A stretch of DNA of 64,000 bases from a virus. Shown here piece after piece: positions 35,722 through 45,381 of the stretch (positions are counted from its first letter, which is position 1; every line of letters begins with the position of its first letter). The notes below the pieces were generated by a model. That model saw nothing but the letters and a program-made list of their open reading frames with translations, was not told the origin of the DNA and searched no databases. The stretch lies in IMG/VR virus record IMGVR_UViG_3300035454_000441, one strand, 5' to 3'. The position numbers were made by a program, and so were the translations under genes.

Positions 35722-37544
35722 GCTTGTTCACCTTGTAAATCTGTGTTGTCATCCCGTTCTATAACTTTCTTTATATCAATGTCGTGCATAAACGACATAA
35801 GACGGTCATACTCTTCTTTACTACAATCTTCGAAGGGAGCCTGTGGATAGTCGTGACCATCGTAAGGAAGAACTGAGATGCCATTATAGAACTCACGATT
35901 GTTCCACATCCACTTAGCGACTCTATCCCATTCGTGTTGCTTGATAGAGATAGTGCAAGAGACGTTGTGATGATTGGCACCCGTCCTATAACCAGGTCTG
36001 ACCCACTCTGTATTGAACTTCTTAACACGCTCAAGCAAGTCCATGACCTTCTCATTGCGAAGGATAGAACCTTCTGGAGCTTTCTGTGGGAACGAGATAA
36101 CAGACTCCAAATGTGGTTTGAACTTACAATCTTCCACCAACTCCGGAAAGTTCTCACTCATATAATGGAATAGGGCTTCATTCTTTCCGACTCGCACTCG
36201 ACGGATATAGTAGTCGTTGTGCCATGCGTGAATACCCGAGGAAGAGCCGACCACTAAAGACGATGTACCAGACGGCTTAACTGTCGTTGTTCTAGCCGCC
36301 GGCTGAATGTTCAGAAGATAAGCATACTTCCCGTTCGTTACTCTGACAACCTCGGCTGCCTCGCGAAGGTCTAGCTTGAGTACAGCACCCGAGGCAATAC
36401 CAGTCATACCCACACCAATCAACGCCTCCTTGTCTGTGGTGTCTTTCCAGATGTTTCTCAAGTAGTGAAAGTTAGTGTATGCGGCTTGGAGAGTTCCAAT
36501 AACTGCCGCGGCCTCGCAACGGTCATTGAGGTCCTTCTGGTCTTCAACATCGGAGACATTGACCTCTGTAAGATTACAGAACTGGTAAGGGTTCAAAGAG
36601 ATTTCGCAACAGGGGTTGGTGAATACGTCCTTGTCGTTTGTCCAATAGAAACCGGGCTCACCCGCACCAGAGTTTTTGACAACTTCCCAAAGCTTCTGGA
36701 ATTCTTCTTCTGTGACTTCACCGCGTGGTAGCACAACAGAGTTGTTTGACCTACCGCGTTGGGGGTTCAGTTCGTACCAAGAGTTTGTCTTACAGTAAAG
36801 CATATCAAGATCATCGCGGTCAAATCCACAAATCATGGCTGCCCGACGAATACCACCAGCTAGAACAGCGTCGGCAATGAAGCAACACATATCATAGACT
36901 TCTAGACTAGTGAGTTGGCGTCCGATGGCTCCGTTGAGAATAGAGCGCAAACGTTCAATGCAAATCTTGAGCGGATCGGGTCCAGGTGCCTTGCCACCAG
37001 ATGTGACAAGACGGGCACCTTTCGGACGGATATCGCGGTAGTCAAACTCGGGATTAGACTTGCCCTTGGTATACGCTTTAATCAGGACCTTGATAGCATC
37101 CGCCCAACCTTCAATGCTATCACCAATCAGATAACGGCGTGGTCTGTCTGTTGGTCCGACGATAACAGGTAGCTTGCTGATATGATGCTTCTGAACAGAG
37201 AAACCAACACCCGTACCACCCAGAAGCAAAAACATCAGTTCTGCAAAGGCGAACGGATGCTCCATGGGCATATAGGCGCAATTGAAAATCCTAGAATTGG
37301 AAATCTCAATAGGAGTACCAGCAAACTGCATTGACCTCATAGAGGGAAGCACTTTGCGTGGTATGATGAAGTTGTCGTAGATTTTTGCTATATCTTCGCG
37401 GATATGTGGAAACTTGGAGATATGCATACCCATGTTTCGGTAGCATATCTCTTCCCAAGTTTCTCGGCGGTTTAGTCGTGGATTGTGTTTCGCGTATTTG
37501 TTAAAGACAATAATATCACTCAAAATCTTCTGTGAAATATCCAT
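35694..37544 (-). CDS. Ribonucleotide reductase large subunit, probably class II (NrdJ-like; no NrdB gene adjacent)
   Basis: Active-site TNPCCEISL (NPCxE), C-terminal CAGGQC redox pair, no glycyl-radical motif, no ATP cone. Confidence 0.6.
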   Translation of the reverse strand: MDISQKILSDIIVFNKYAKHNPRLNRRETWEEICYRNMGMHISKFPHIREDIAKIYDNFIIPRKVLPSMRSMQFAGTPIEISNSRIFNCAYMPMEHPFAFAELMFLLLGGTGVGFSVQKHHISKLPVIVGPTDRPRRYLIGDSIEGWADAIKVLIKAYTKGKSNPEFDYRDIRPKGARLVTSGGKAPGPDPLKICIERLRSILNGAIGRQLTSLEVYDMCCFIADAVLAGGIRRAAMICGFDRDDLDMLYCKTNSWYELNPQRGRSNNSVVLPRGEVTEEEFQKLWEVVKNSGAGEPGFYWTNDKDVFTNPCCEISLNPYQFCNLTEVNVSDVEDQKDLNDRCEAAAVIGTLQAAYTNFHYLRNIWKDTTDKEALIGVGMTGIASGAVLKLDLREAAEVVRVTNGKYAYLLNIQPAARTTTVKPSGTSSLVVGSSSGIHAWHNDYYIRRVRVGKNEALFHYMSENFPELVEDCKFKPHLESVISFPQKAPEGSILRNEKVMDLLERVKKFNTEWVRPGYRTGANHHNVSCTISIKQHEWDRVAKWMWNNREFYNGISVLPYDGHDYPQAPFEDCSKEEYDRLMSFMHDIDIKKVIERDDNTDLQGEQACAGGQCAV

Positions 37545-37716
37545 GGTAACAGTCCTTCATTTCAGTTAATAATTTTATCAATCTCACCTTGCCGTGAATG
37601 TGTGGTGTGATAGGTAAGCCATATGTTATTGTGGTATGAACACTTTGTATCTTTATCGCATTGCTTACCCAAACACGATGGCTTATGAGCATCTATACAT
37701 TTGGGTATTCTAACGG

Positions 37717-38037
37717 TCATTGTACTATCTCAATGCCATACTTCTCTTGTATGTAGTTAAGGTTATCGTCGTTGGCATATGCCTCAATCTCAAACGTTTT
37801 CTTCTTGTAAGAGACAAACATCTCCTTGATGAAGTACTTAAACAGAAATCCAACGATGCCGTGTTTTTCGTATTGGACTACATGGATGTTTTCGTGGTTC
37901 TTTTGACGGGCATTCAATCCGACATACTTGTTTTTGACGTAGATGGTTCTTCCTAGCGTAAAGGCAGAAACCCAGTTAGGAAAGAAGTATTTGATTATCT
38001 TTGAGTTGTCCACAGTTTTGATTTTAAGCTGTTTCAT
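37717..38037 (-). CDS. DUF4157-like putative Zn-metallopeptidase-motif protein
   Basis: HENIHVVQ (HExxH...Q). Confidence 0.4.
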   Translation of the reverse strand: MKQLKIKTVDNSKIIKYFFPNWVSAFTLGRTIYVKNKYVGLNARQKNHENIHVVQYEKHGIVGFLFKYFIKEMFVSYKKKTFEIEAYANDDNLNYIQEKYGIEIVQ

Positions 38038-38270
38038 TTTAGCGTTACTCCTAGTACCCTCTTAATCAGGGCCTTGAAACCTTCCCAGTCGTTCTTTTCT
38101 AGAACGTATTCCATCTGCTTTTCGTCTTGGGGTTTAGCTTTCTGATAAAACTTGACCATTTCCTCAAAACCAATATTACCAGCATAAGAGGCTTCTGAAA
38201 TAGTCATCCATGTGGCCATGGCTTTGTTCTCAATGACTAACTTGTTCTCTAGATACGTTTTAAAAGACAT
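38034..38270 (-). CDS. Hypothetical protein (78 aa)
   Basis: ORF track. Confidence 0.4.
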   Translation of the reverse strand: MSFKTYLENKLVIENKAMATWMTISEASYAGNIGFEEMVKFYQKAKPQDEKQMEYVLEKNDWEGFKALIKRVLGVTLK

Positions 38271-38659
38271 TAGTGCAGACTCTTCGAAATCATGGGTTGT
38301 TTATACATTCTCTCCAATTCCTCTGGAGAGCGTGAGGAAACCATTGAACTGAGTTCCTTTTCATCTTCCGCGAGTTGGTTCAGGTTGATACTTTTTATCT
38401 TCTTACCAGTCGCGCCTTCATAAACAGTGACGATTGAACAGATGTTGTTGTAAAGCTTACCAATGCCCTCTAGACCAAGCCGAATAGCACCATTGATTGT
38501 GGCTGCCTCAATGTGAGTTGGAAATGTTAATAGCTTTTTATACTGTTCGTCAACAGGATAGGTGAGAATGACCGAGTAGTACTGGTCATCACCATCCACA
38601 CAATGTATAACATCAAGTATAACATTCCCTTTGGGATGAATCAACTCAAAGGTACTCAT
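38270..38659 (-). CDS. Hypothetical protein (129 aa)
   Basis: ORF track. Confidence 0.4.
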   Translation of the reverse strand: MSTFELIHPKGNVILDVIHCVDGDDQYYSVILTYPVDEQYKKLLTFPTHIEAATINGAIRLGLEGIGKLYNNICSIVTVYEGATGKKIKSINLNQLAEDEKELSSMVSSRSPEELERMYKQPMISKSLH

Positions 38660-38663
38660 ACTC

Positions 38664-39092
38664 TTAGTCGATTTCTACAAAGTGGTGAATCTGATGCTCA
38701 ACGATTGAGCCATCATCCATACTCTCTGTTACCACTTTCTTGGTATCGTCTTTAGCGAAAGACTTACCCGGTGGTAGGAACGTGATTAGATGAATGCCGT
38801 CCTTGGCGATAGAGGACACAAAGCCTTGATTGAGACTACGGCTAAAGAATAGGATATTCTCTCCCACTTTGGCGCCGATGCTCTTGGCTTTCTCAATGGC
38901 ACTCTTGAACAGCTTTTTCAGTTGTTCCGGTTTCAGAGTAGACCTCTGGAGAATACGCTCTAGACCATGCTTCGTATTCAGTACCCAAGTGTCTTTCCAG
39001 AAATAGAGATACTTGGAGCCCAGATTTAGAACGTCATTAAGAATGTTCTCCTCAAGATAATCCTTGAACGTGACTTTACGACCTTTTTCCAT
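38664..39092 (-). CDS. Hypothetical protein (142 aa)
   Basis: ORF track. Confidence 0.4.
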   Translation of the reverse strand: MEKGRKVTFKDYLEENILNDVLNLGSKYLYFWKDTWVLNTKHGLERILQRSTLKPEQLKKLFKSAIEKAKSIGAKVGENILFFSRSLNQGFVSSIAKDGIHLITFLPPGKSFAKDDTKKVVTESMDDGSIVEHQIHHFVEID

Positions 39093-39697
39093 TAGTTCTT
39101 CTCTTTCTTTGGTCGACCACGACCGCGTTTCTTGACAGCCTCAACGACTTGTTCAACGATAGTTTGTTTAGCAGGTTCTTCCACCACGGGAGGGGCACCA
39201 AAACTTTCGGTGGTGGTGATATCATTCTCCACAAGGTTGATGACCAAGTGTTGTCCTTCTTCGCTTGGTTCGACTTCTGTGGAGGCAACGGGAAACGGAA
39301 GAGGCTGTACGATGCCCGCCTCCTCTACCGCTGTTCTGGTGATATTCGGATAAAGACTTGTGATATTCTGGTCTTTAATAGCCAGAATCAATTTTGCTTC
39401 GGTGGGGTGGATGTTCTCAAGCAACTGAATGAAAAGTTGCTCCCTGCGAACCCTCTGGATATCCTCTCTTGTGAAGACATACAGCTTGCGGACCTGTTGG
39501 TATAGATTGGCAGGTGTCATACCAATAGGCTCAGCCGCGGGCTTGAATGGGGGTTCACCGGGTGGAAGAATGAACTTGATGCTCGGATTATATGCGTAAG
39601 ACAACAGTGCCCTAATAGCATAGTTGTCAGCATACCCCTTTAGCCTGCGTGGGTCCTCGTTGATTTCCGCGAGTATTTCAGTAATGTATTTCGTCAT
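39092..39697 (-). CDS. Hypothetical protein with a C-terminal AT-hook (KKRGRGRPKK)
   Basis: ORF track. Confidence 0.45.
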   Translation of the reverse strand: MTKYITEILAEINEDPRRLKGYADNYAIRALLSYAYNPSIKFILPPGEPPFKPAAEPIGMTPANLYQQVRKLYVFTREDIQRVRREQLFIQLLENIHPTEAKLILAIKDQNITSLYPNITRTAVEEAGIVQPLPFPVASTEVEPSEEGQHLVINLVENDITTTESFGAPPVVEEPAKQTIVEQVVEAVKKRGRGRPKKEKN

Positions 39698-40599
39698 GCC
39701 GTAAAGTCCTCAATATTTTCGATTAGGTTGCGGCAACGGTGTTCGAACAGATAGTCCTTAACCGTGCGCTTGTTACCCTTGGGTACAGTCTCTTTATATG
39801 TAGTGATAATGTTATCGCTCAACCAAGCGGGTATCTTATCATAAGAGACCAACAGTTCATTGCGGTGATAGTTGCGCCGCTCGGTATCGTTCTTACAAGC
39901 ATCGATGCCGTGTTTGTAGAACTCTTCCAACCGCTTCGTGGCGAATGGTGATTGACGTTTGCTGGCATCAACAAAAACGTCATCGGGCGAAAGGATGTTA
40001 GGAACACCATCGCCTGAGTCGCCCGTACAGATTTTCTCAATCAACGCCTTAACGGGTCCATTCTCGGGCTTAATGTATTTCTTACCCTTGGGACTCCACT
40101 GCTTGACGTTGCGATACGTCTGGAGTTGAAAGTTGTCTTGGTCAGCCGAGAGGATTAGAATCTTCTGTGGCTCTTCGTCCAGTCCCACCTGTACCAAGTC
40201 ATTTGTCTGCAAGTATTTAGTTACAACACCGATTATGTCATCCGCTTCCGCGCGGTCGACCTTCATGACCTTATAAGGGAAGTGTTCCTTAAGGTCGTCC
40301 CCGAGGTGACGAATGATACTGAACAGTAGCTTCCAGTCAAGGTCGGAACCAGCCCGCGCGGCGGCACGATTCGCTTTGTAATTAGGAAACTCTTCCTTGC
40401 GCCAGTAGTCGGTAGCATCGGTGCAGATAATCAGTTCGCCATACTCCCGCCCGAACTTCCGTTTATTGTACAGAAGACTTGAAAGGATGACATGGCGAAT
40501 AAGGTCGGTGATTTTCGCATCCGACCCTGTCTTCAAATCACGCTGAAATGGAAAGATACCAGCACAAGCTATCTGGGAGAAATCAACTAGGATTGGCAT
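39694..40599 (-). CDS. rnh: RNase H / 5'-3' flap exonuclease (T4 rnh-like)
   Basis: 301 aa (T4 RnaseH is 305 aa); CTGDSGDGVPNI motif. Confidence 0.75.
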   Translation of the reverse strand: MPILVDFSQIACAGIFPFQRDLKTGSDAKITDLIRHVILSSLLYNKRKFGREYGELIICTDATDYWRKEEFPNYKANRAAARAGSDLDWKLLFSIIRHLGDDLKEHFPYKVMKVDRAEADDIIGVVTKYLQTNDLVQVGLDEEPQKILILSADQDNFQLQTYRNVKQWSPKGKKYIKPENGPVKALIEKICTGDSGDGVPNILSPDDVFVDASKRQSPFATKRLEEFYKHGIDACKNDTERRNYHRNELLVSYDKIPAWLSDNIITTYKETVPKGNKRTVKDYLFEHRCRNLIENIEDFTA

Positions 40600-40605
40600 G
40601 TTTAT

Positions 40606-40776
40606 CTATTTCTCCTCCACGATTATGGTGTTTACCAGTTGCCAGATTTCTGTGAACTTCGTTCCACACGTGCCGCAAATCAACGTGAACTTCATAAAAT
40701 CACCATCGAAGTCCTCATCCCATAGTTCTGCACCGGTTTCACCACAATCCTCTTTGGGGCACGTACCGTTATACAT
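40606..40776 (-). CDS. Small zinc-ribbon protein (57 aa)
   Basis: CPKEDCG...CGTCG. Confidence 0.35.
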   Translation of the reverse strand: MYNGTCPKEDCGETGAELWDEDFDGDFMKFTLICGTCGTKFTEIWQLVNTIIVEEK

Positions 40777-40945
40777 CGATTGGTGCTCCAGTAACCAGAT
40801 AGCTTTCGCCCTTAACCCAGAGGATGGTCCACTCTTTCTCACAGGACACACATTCAAATACATCACCGAAAACGTCTTCGTTCATCGTCTCGGTCCTAAC
40901 GGGGTTACTCTCTTCACTTCCACAATGGGGACATTTGTAAATCAT
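40769..40945 (-). CDS. Small zinc-ribbon protein (59 aa); below the ORF-track cutoff
   Basis: CPHCGS...CVSCE; overlaps the downstream ATG. Confidence 0.35.
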   Translation of the reverse strand: MIYKCPHCGSEESNPVRTETMNEDVFGDVFECVSCEKEWTILWVKGESYLVTGAPIDV

Positions 40946-40955
40946 AATCTCTCCT

Positions 40956-41204
40956 TTACCAGTTGAAACACCGGTGTTGTTTGTATTGGTCTTCCAAGTC
41001 CATACTCATATTGTAGACTTCCATGATCCGTTGCATATTCTTTCCATCAAACTCTTCTGCTACGGTGCGGGCATTCTCGCCGGGCATAACGTAAACGGGA
41101 TAGTCTTCGTGGTCGAATGTATCACAAACAACGATGACATGGGTAGCTTTCTCTCGTTTAGCAGTCTCAAACCATCTACCGAACGGTTCTCTTGGAATAG
41201 GCAT
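40956..41204 (-). CDS. Hypothetical protein (82 aa)
   Basis: ORF track. Confidence 0.4.
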   Translation of the reverse strand: MPIPREPFGRWFETAKREKATHVIVVCDTFDHEDYPVYVMPGENARTVAEEFDGKNMQRIMEVYNMSMDLEDQYKQHRCFNW

Positions 41205-41214
41205 GGCAGTCTCC

Positions 41215-42327
41215 TTAGAAGATGGCGTAGATAATCAGGCGGTCGTTGGTTCGTCCATTCAACGTCTGAGGCTTGCTCTTGATCCCTTTGAACGCGGTGT
41301 TCAGTGACTTCTTATTGAACTTGGTCTTAAAGAACTCCTCGGGCTTCCTGAGCGTCTTGGATACGCTATTCTTAACATCGAAGTTGAGAATGGTGGTACC
41401 CTTGATGGTCAGCTTGTCATCATCAGTGGCGCGATAGCAGACCAGCTTTCGCTTCTCGGTGTCATACAACCACGCCTCACTAGCACCAATGATATCAGCC
41501 GGCTTCTCACTTGTCAAGCGGAGAGTGGGAAACTCTTTCAAGTATTTCAGCTTGGCGGCAATGACGGTCGGCGGCTTCGCTTTACGGGCACGAGGCTTCC
41601 GTTCAGTCTTTGCGGCTTGCTCCCGCTGTTTGCAATCGTTAAGCATACCCTCAACGAAGGCGAAGAACCGCTTCTGTTTGACCTTGCCGAGGAACGAGTA
41701 ACCTTCCTTGAGTTGGTCATCCTTACCCGTGAGCAGTTCATCCAGTTCACGATAGCGCGGCAGGAGTCCGTTTGCGATTTCCTTGGCAACAGCGCCAGAG
41801 ACATTATTGGCAGTCAGGTAGGTCTTCAAGGAGAAGTCTTTACCCGTGGTCAAGTAGTCATCAATGGCACCCTCGACTTCGGTGAGGTGCAGTCGTGCCA
41901 GAGCCTGAACCCTATCTTGCACACTAACGACTGGTTTGGCAACGGCTTCTGCCGTCTCCTCCTTCGCTATAGTGTACTTTTTACAGAGAGTTTTCACCTC
42001 AGTGTCAAGCTTGAAGAGGTGTTCCTCCGCCAGATAGTAGTCGTTCAGTTTGGCATGACCAAGGAGACCCACCAGCCGCAGTTCGAAGTCGGTCGCCTTG
42101 TTCAGCCCACCAGAAATCTTCTTATGTTCTTTCTGGACGAACTTCAACGCCCACTTACGGATGACCGAAATGTCGGTATAAGCGTTGTGGTAGTTCAGAT
42201 AGTGGAGCAGATCCAGACGATAGTTGGAGTCCGAGATAGTGGGCTCCGAACCTTGGGTCTGTTTTTTGACGAAGGCTTGGCGCTCACCAGTGGTTTTCAA
42301 CTTTTTGTTCTTACGAACTTTCATCAT
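41215..42327 (-). CDS. Hypothetical protein (370 aa)
   Basis: ORF track. Confidence 0.5.
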   Translation of the reverse strand: MMKVRKNKKLKTTGERQAFVKKQTQGSEPTISDSNYRLDLLHYLNYHNAYTDISVIRKWALKFVQKEHKKISGGLNKATDFELRLVGLLGHAKLNDYYLAEEHLFKLDTEVKTLCKKYTIAKEETAEAVAKPVVSVQDRVQALARLHLTEVEGAIDDYLTTGKDFSLKTYLTANNVSGAVAKEIANGLLPRYRELDELLTGKDDQLKEGYSFLGKVKQKRFFAFVEGMLNDCKQREQAAKTERKPRARKAKPPTVIAAKLKYLKEFPTLRLTSEKPADIIGASEAWLYDTEKRKLVCYRATDDDKLTIKGTTILNFDVKNSVSKTLRKPEEFFKTKFNKKSLNTAFKGIKSKPQTLNGRTNDRLIIYAIF

Positions 42328-42330
42328 AAT

Positions 42331-42483
42331 TAATTATCTTCCTTTGAGAGGGTAAGCAACCAGATACCGACGATAAGATAGAAGGTAGCTTCCGACCAGT
42401 TTTCGAAAGGAAACTTGAAAAGACTGGCAAGAGGTCCGTGAAAAACAGCGAAAAACAGATTGATAAACGCAAGGAACTTCATC
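42331..42483 (-). CDS. Small membrane protein (about 50 aa); below the ORF-track cutoff
   Basis: MMKFLAFINLFFAVF... Confidence 0.3.
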
Positions 42484-42883
42484 ATTTCACCATCTCATAG
42501 GCTTTGTCCCATTTGCCGATATTGATGGCGATGTAATGGGAACAGTGAAAGTAGTCGGACTGGATATCAGACTTGTCGAAGTAGCGCGGACCATGCATCG
42601 CCTTGTTGACTTCGTGAAGAAACTTAGCAGACTTGCCAGACCAACTGGAGTCGATGTGATACTGATTGACTTGCTCATGCCCGCGGAAGGGGATGGGAGC
42701 GTGACCGTTGTAGTGGTCAGTGGCTTTGTAATCTTTGGCGAAGTCAAGCTTCCCGCTCTTGACCGTGAGAGTCAAACACGTATGGTTGTGAACAGAAAGC
42801 GAACCCTTCACGCCGTACTTTTTCAGGATGGGTTTGACAACAGCGGCGATTTCGGCTTTGTGATCTTGACTCATGAAGGCCAT
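42482..42883 (-). CDS. Hypothetical protein (start at MAFMSQDHK; RBS AAGGAG in cassette g)
   Basis: The track start lies 4 nt from the predicted +1. Confidence 0.45.
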   Translation of the reverse strand: MAFMSQDHKAEIAAVVKPILKKYGVKGSLSVHNHTCLTLTVKSGKLDFAKDYKATDHYNGHAPIPFRGHEQVNQYHIDSSWSGKSAKFLHEVNKAMHGPRYFDKSDIQSDYFHCSHYIAINIGKWDKAYEMVK

Positions 42884-42884
42884 T

Positions 42885-43235
42885 TTAGTCTCCTTGGTTT
42901 GGGTTAGCGTCAATTACAGATACACTATACACCATGCGGAACCAGAAGTCAACAAAATTATTCAACAGACTTCCAAGCGGCATCCCTAGCAGACATAGCA
43001 AGCTTGCCTTTGTTCTTCCCTTTAGAGAAGAACCGATCGAAGAACCGACCCCAAACGATGATTTTGCTTTCGGGGTACAGGGGTGAAAGTCAACAAACAC
43101 CATGTACTCGGAAGGGGTAACCCGATGTACTTCGAAGTACATTCCATCCCGATTTCCACGGGTTTCAAGAACCCATTCTTCGGGCACTTCAATCATATCA
43201 ACGTTCCATTTGTTCTTTTTGTACTTGAGTTCCAT
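42885..43235 (-). CDS. Hypothetical protein (116 aa); its low-complexity C-terminus reads through promoter g
   Basis: Follows cassette h. Confidence 0.4.
   Translation of the reverse strand: MELKYKKNKWNVDMIEVPEEWVLETRGNRDGMYFEVHRVTPSEYMVFVDFHPCTPKAKSSFGVGSSIGSSLKGRTKASLLCLLGMPLGSLLNNFVDFWFRMVYSVSVIDANPNQGD
42924..42952 (-). promoter_or_regulatory. Early promoter, cassette copy g (TTGACT-N17-TATAGT + GTATCTGTAAT)
   Basis: agtcaa 42947-42952 / actata 42924-42929. Confidence 0.6.
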
Positions 43236-43266
43236 TCTCTTCTCTCTTTCTCTTGATTACAGATAC

Positions 43267-43295
43267 ATCCTACACCAACCAAGGAGAGAAGTCAA
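43267..43295 (-). promoter_or_regulatory. Early promoter, cassette copy h (TTGACT-N17-TAGGAT)
   Basis: agtcaa 43290-43295 / atccta 43267-43272. Confidence 0.6.
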
Positions 43296-43317
43296 CAGAA
43301 AAATGAGCCAAGGACAA

Positions 43318-43563
43318 TTATTTTGCCGACTGCACTAGAGCGATACCCGGAATGAGCAGGAGCATGCCGGAAATCCAACCGATGGCAGTTGCAAAGATGA
43401 CTTTGGCGATACCGATGGCGAGCGTCGAAGCCACCATTGTTTCAGCTTTAACTACAGTGATGATATCAACAATACCACCAATGAACGCCCACCAGACACC
43501 CATGTACAGGCCCAGAACGATGCCGACGATAATCATCAGAACACCAAGAAGTAAACGAATCAT
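43318..43563 (-). CDS. Three-TM membrane protein (81 aa)
   Basis: Hydrophobic throughout. Confidence 0.5.
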   Translation of the reverse strand: MIRLLLGVLMIIVGIVLGLYMGVWWAFIGGIVDIITVVKAETMVASTLAIGIAKVIFATAIGWISGMLLLIPGIALVQSAK

Positions 43564-43696
43564 TGTATAGTTTTCCTTTCAAGACGATAGTTTGGGTTTT
43601 CGCGTAATAGTGCTTGGGCATAACCATAGTACCAGCACCGACAGATGAAATCTTGACCTAGGTATATATCGTAGTACGTGTTATTGGAATTCATAG

Positions 43697-44077
43697 CTAG
43701 TTACAGAACGGGGTGTAACCCGTAATCTGCCCATTGATAGTATTGGGTACCCAAACACAGACGCGAGGAGGCGGAGTGTAGGTGTTGACGGGAACATAGA
43801 CCACGTTGTTGACAGCACCCTGCCCATGAGAAACGCTACCTCCGTAACCCTCCGAGCCGTAGTACCCATTTCCACCACCATAATAGGATGCTTGCCCCTT
43901 CGACCCCGCGGCTGAACCAAGAGCGAAGAGATTGAGAACCAGACCACCGACAGCATTGGTCATGGCCACATCCTTATCATAGTTGTAGTTGTTATTGTAC
44001 GTGTATTCGTGACTACCCGCAAAGGCAGTACCGGTGAGTAAAACAACAGTCAATAGAACAACGAAGAACTTTAGCAT
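43697..44077 (-). CDS. Secreted Gly/Tyr/Asn-rich low-complexity protein with a signal peptide
   Basis: MLKFFVVLLTVVLLTGTAFA | GSHE...; YYGGGNGYYGSEGYGG. Confidence 0.5.
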   Translation of the reverse strand: MLKFFVVLLTVVLLTGTAFAGSHEYTYNNNYNYDKDVAMTNAVGGLVLNLFALGSAAGSKGQASYYGGGNGYYGSEGYGGSVSHGQGAVNNVVYVPVNTYTPPPRVCVWVPNTINGQITGYTPFCN

Positions 44078-44088
44078 GGTTTTCTCCT

Positions 44089-44481
44089 TTAGATGGTTGA
44101 ACCGAGTTGACGAAACTTGGGTTTATAGTTTGGATCGTTATACTTCTTCCGTAAGAACTCAAAGAACTCCGTGATATCTTCGTTTATGTCCGTATTGATG
44201 CTTCCATTAGCATCACCCGAGATACTAATAGGTAATGGGTGGTCTTGAGTTACTTTACCGTCCTTACAATATGTACACTTTTTATCGTGTTCACAAGACC
44301 ATCCGAAACAATATGGATCAGTACACTTCTGCGTTCCTGTACCGCGACAAACGGGACACTCTTTGAATATCGGGTCTTTATCTTTCCAAGACCCAGTGAT
44401 TCTTAGGTTCAACTCAAAACCATCTTTTTCAATGAGCGCCATAATACTCGCCTTAGCGATAGAGGTCAACGAAGTAACCAA
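44089..44481 (-). CDS. Cys-rich zinc-binding protein (130 aa)
   Basis: CPVCRGTGTQKC...CFGWSCEHDKKCTYC. Confidence 0.45.
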   Translation of the reverse strand: MVTSLTSIAKASIMALIEKDGFELNLRITGSWKDKDPIFKECPVCRGTGTQKCTDPYCFGWSCEHDKKCTYCKDGKVTQDHPLPISISGDANGSINTDINEDITEFFEFLRKKYNDPNYKPKFRQLGSTI

Positions 44482-44689
44482 AGTTATTATCGAACACCCT
44501 TAACAGGTTTTCATAGTCACCACTGGTCATTTCCTTCTCAATCTTCGGCCAGTTCATTTCCAGTTTCTTGGAGAGGTCCGCCGCGACTGCCAGCAAGTAA
44601 TATGCGTTGCCTTGAGGACCTCGCAAGTCAATCTTCATCTTGCCACTGTCTAGTTCATGCGCGTCTTTGAAAGCCATTAGAAATAGCAC
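44453..44689 (-). CDS. Hypothetical protein (78 aa)
   Basis: ORF track. Confidence 0.4.
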   Translation of the reverse strand: MLFLMAFKDAHELDSGKMKIDLRGPQGNAYYLLAVAADLSKKLEMNWPKIEKEMTSGDYENLLRVFDNNFGYFVDLYR

Positions 44690-44946
44690 CTCCGGGTAGA
44701 GTCGGTGTCGGCGAAACTCACACCGTTATCAGTGTAGTAGATGCCGGCTTGGCCGCTGGCGATTTCGTCCCACTCAAGCCAGCGAAAACCGCGATAGTTG
44801 CCAGTGACATGGAGCGTCTCCTCGAGGAGAAGATAAAGAGCGATTCGCGTCTCCTTCTCGCCCGCCTCGGTCAACTTGAGGCGTTCATTGACGTAAGTTT
44901 TAAGCATCTCAACTTCAACAGTCTTGCGAGTCGCGACTTTACCCAT
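44677..44946 (-). CDS. Hypothetical protein (start at MGKVATRK after cassette i)
   Basis: RBS AAGGAG 8 nt upstream. Confidence 0.4.
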   Translation of the reverse strand: MGKVATRKTVEVEMLKTYVNERLKLTEAGEKETRIALYLLLEETLHVTGNYRGFRWLEWDEIASGQAGIYYTDNGVSFADTDSTRRCYF

Positions 44947-44991
44947 AACGAAAAGACTCCTTGGAAAGTGGTATCTCTTAACTACAGATAC

Positions 44992-45020
44992 ACTATACAA
45001 GGAGTCTTTGGTGTTGTCAA
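44992..45020 (-). promoter_or_regulatory. Early promoter, cassette copy i (TTGACA-N17-TATAGT)
   Basis: tgtcaa 45015-45020 / actata 44992-44997. Confidence 0.6.
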
Positions 45021-45081
45021 CAACTATTTTCACTAAAATGGGCGATTTCACAAATTTGTGAAACCCATCAATTTCGTGAAG

Positions 45082-45381
45082 TTACTTTTTCCAGGTCAGT
45101 TCGCCGGTCACCTGCTCATACAGGGTTTGAAACTCTTCCGTCTCCGCGACCTCTTCGCCGAAGTTCTGCTTGTGATAGACCTTAATCATCTTACGAACGG
45201 TCTTTTTAGGAATGTCAAACTCGTCCGATAGGTCATCAATGATTTCCTTGATACTGTCACGTTCCGCTTCAATCTGGGTCATACAAATTGACGCTTCACT
45301 GAGGGCCTTCTTAATCTTCTCTTTTGCTGTTTTGTCTTCAATAGTGGGCATAATGATTTCCTTTGGTTGTAATGAACTCAA
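45082..45381 (-). CDS. Hypothetical acidic protein (99 aa)
   Basis: ORF track. Confidence 0.4.
   Translation of the reverse strand: MSSLQPKEIIMPTIEDKTAKEKIKKALSEASICMTQIEAERDSIKEIIDDLSDEFDIPKKTVRKMIKVYHKQNFGEEVAETEEFQTLYEQVTGELTWKK

Noticed and set aside
35771-36157. 128-aa minus-strand ORF
   Set aside because: Out-of-frame ORF entirely within the RNR gene.
35694-37544. Anaerobic class III RNR (NrdD)
   Set aside because: No C-terminal glycyl-radical motif (RVxGY) or NrdD Zn-ribbon. The NPCxE active-site motif and C-terminal CxxxC pair fit class I/II instead.
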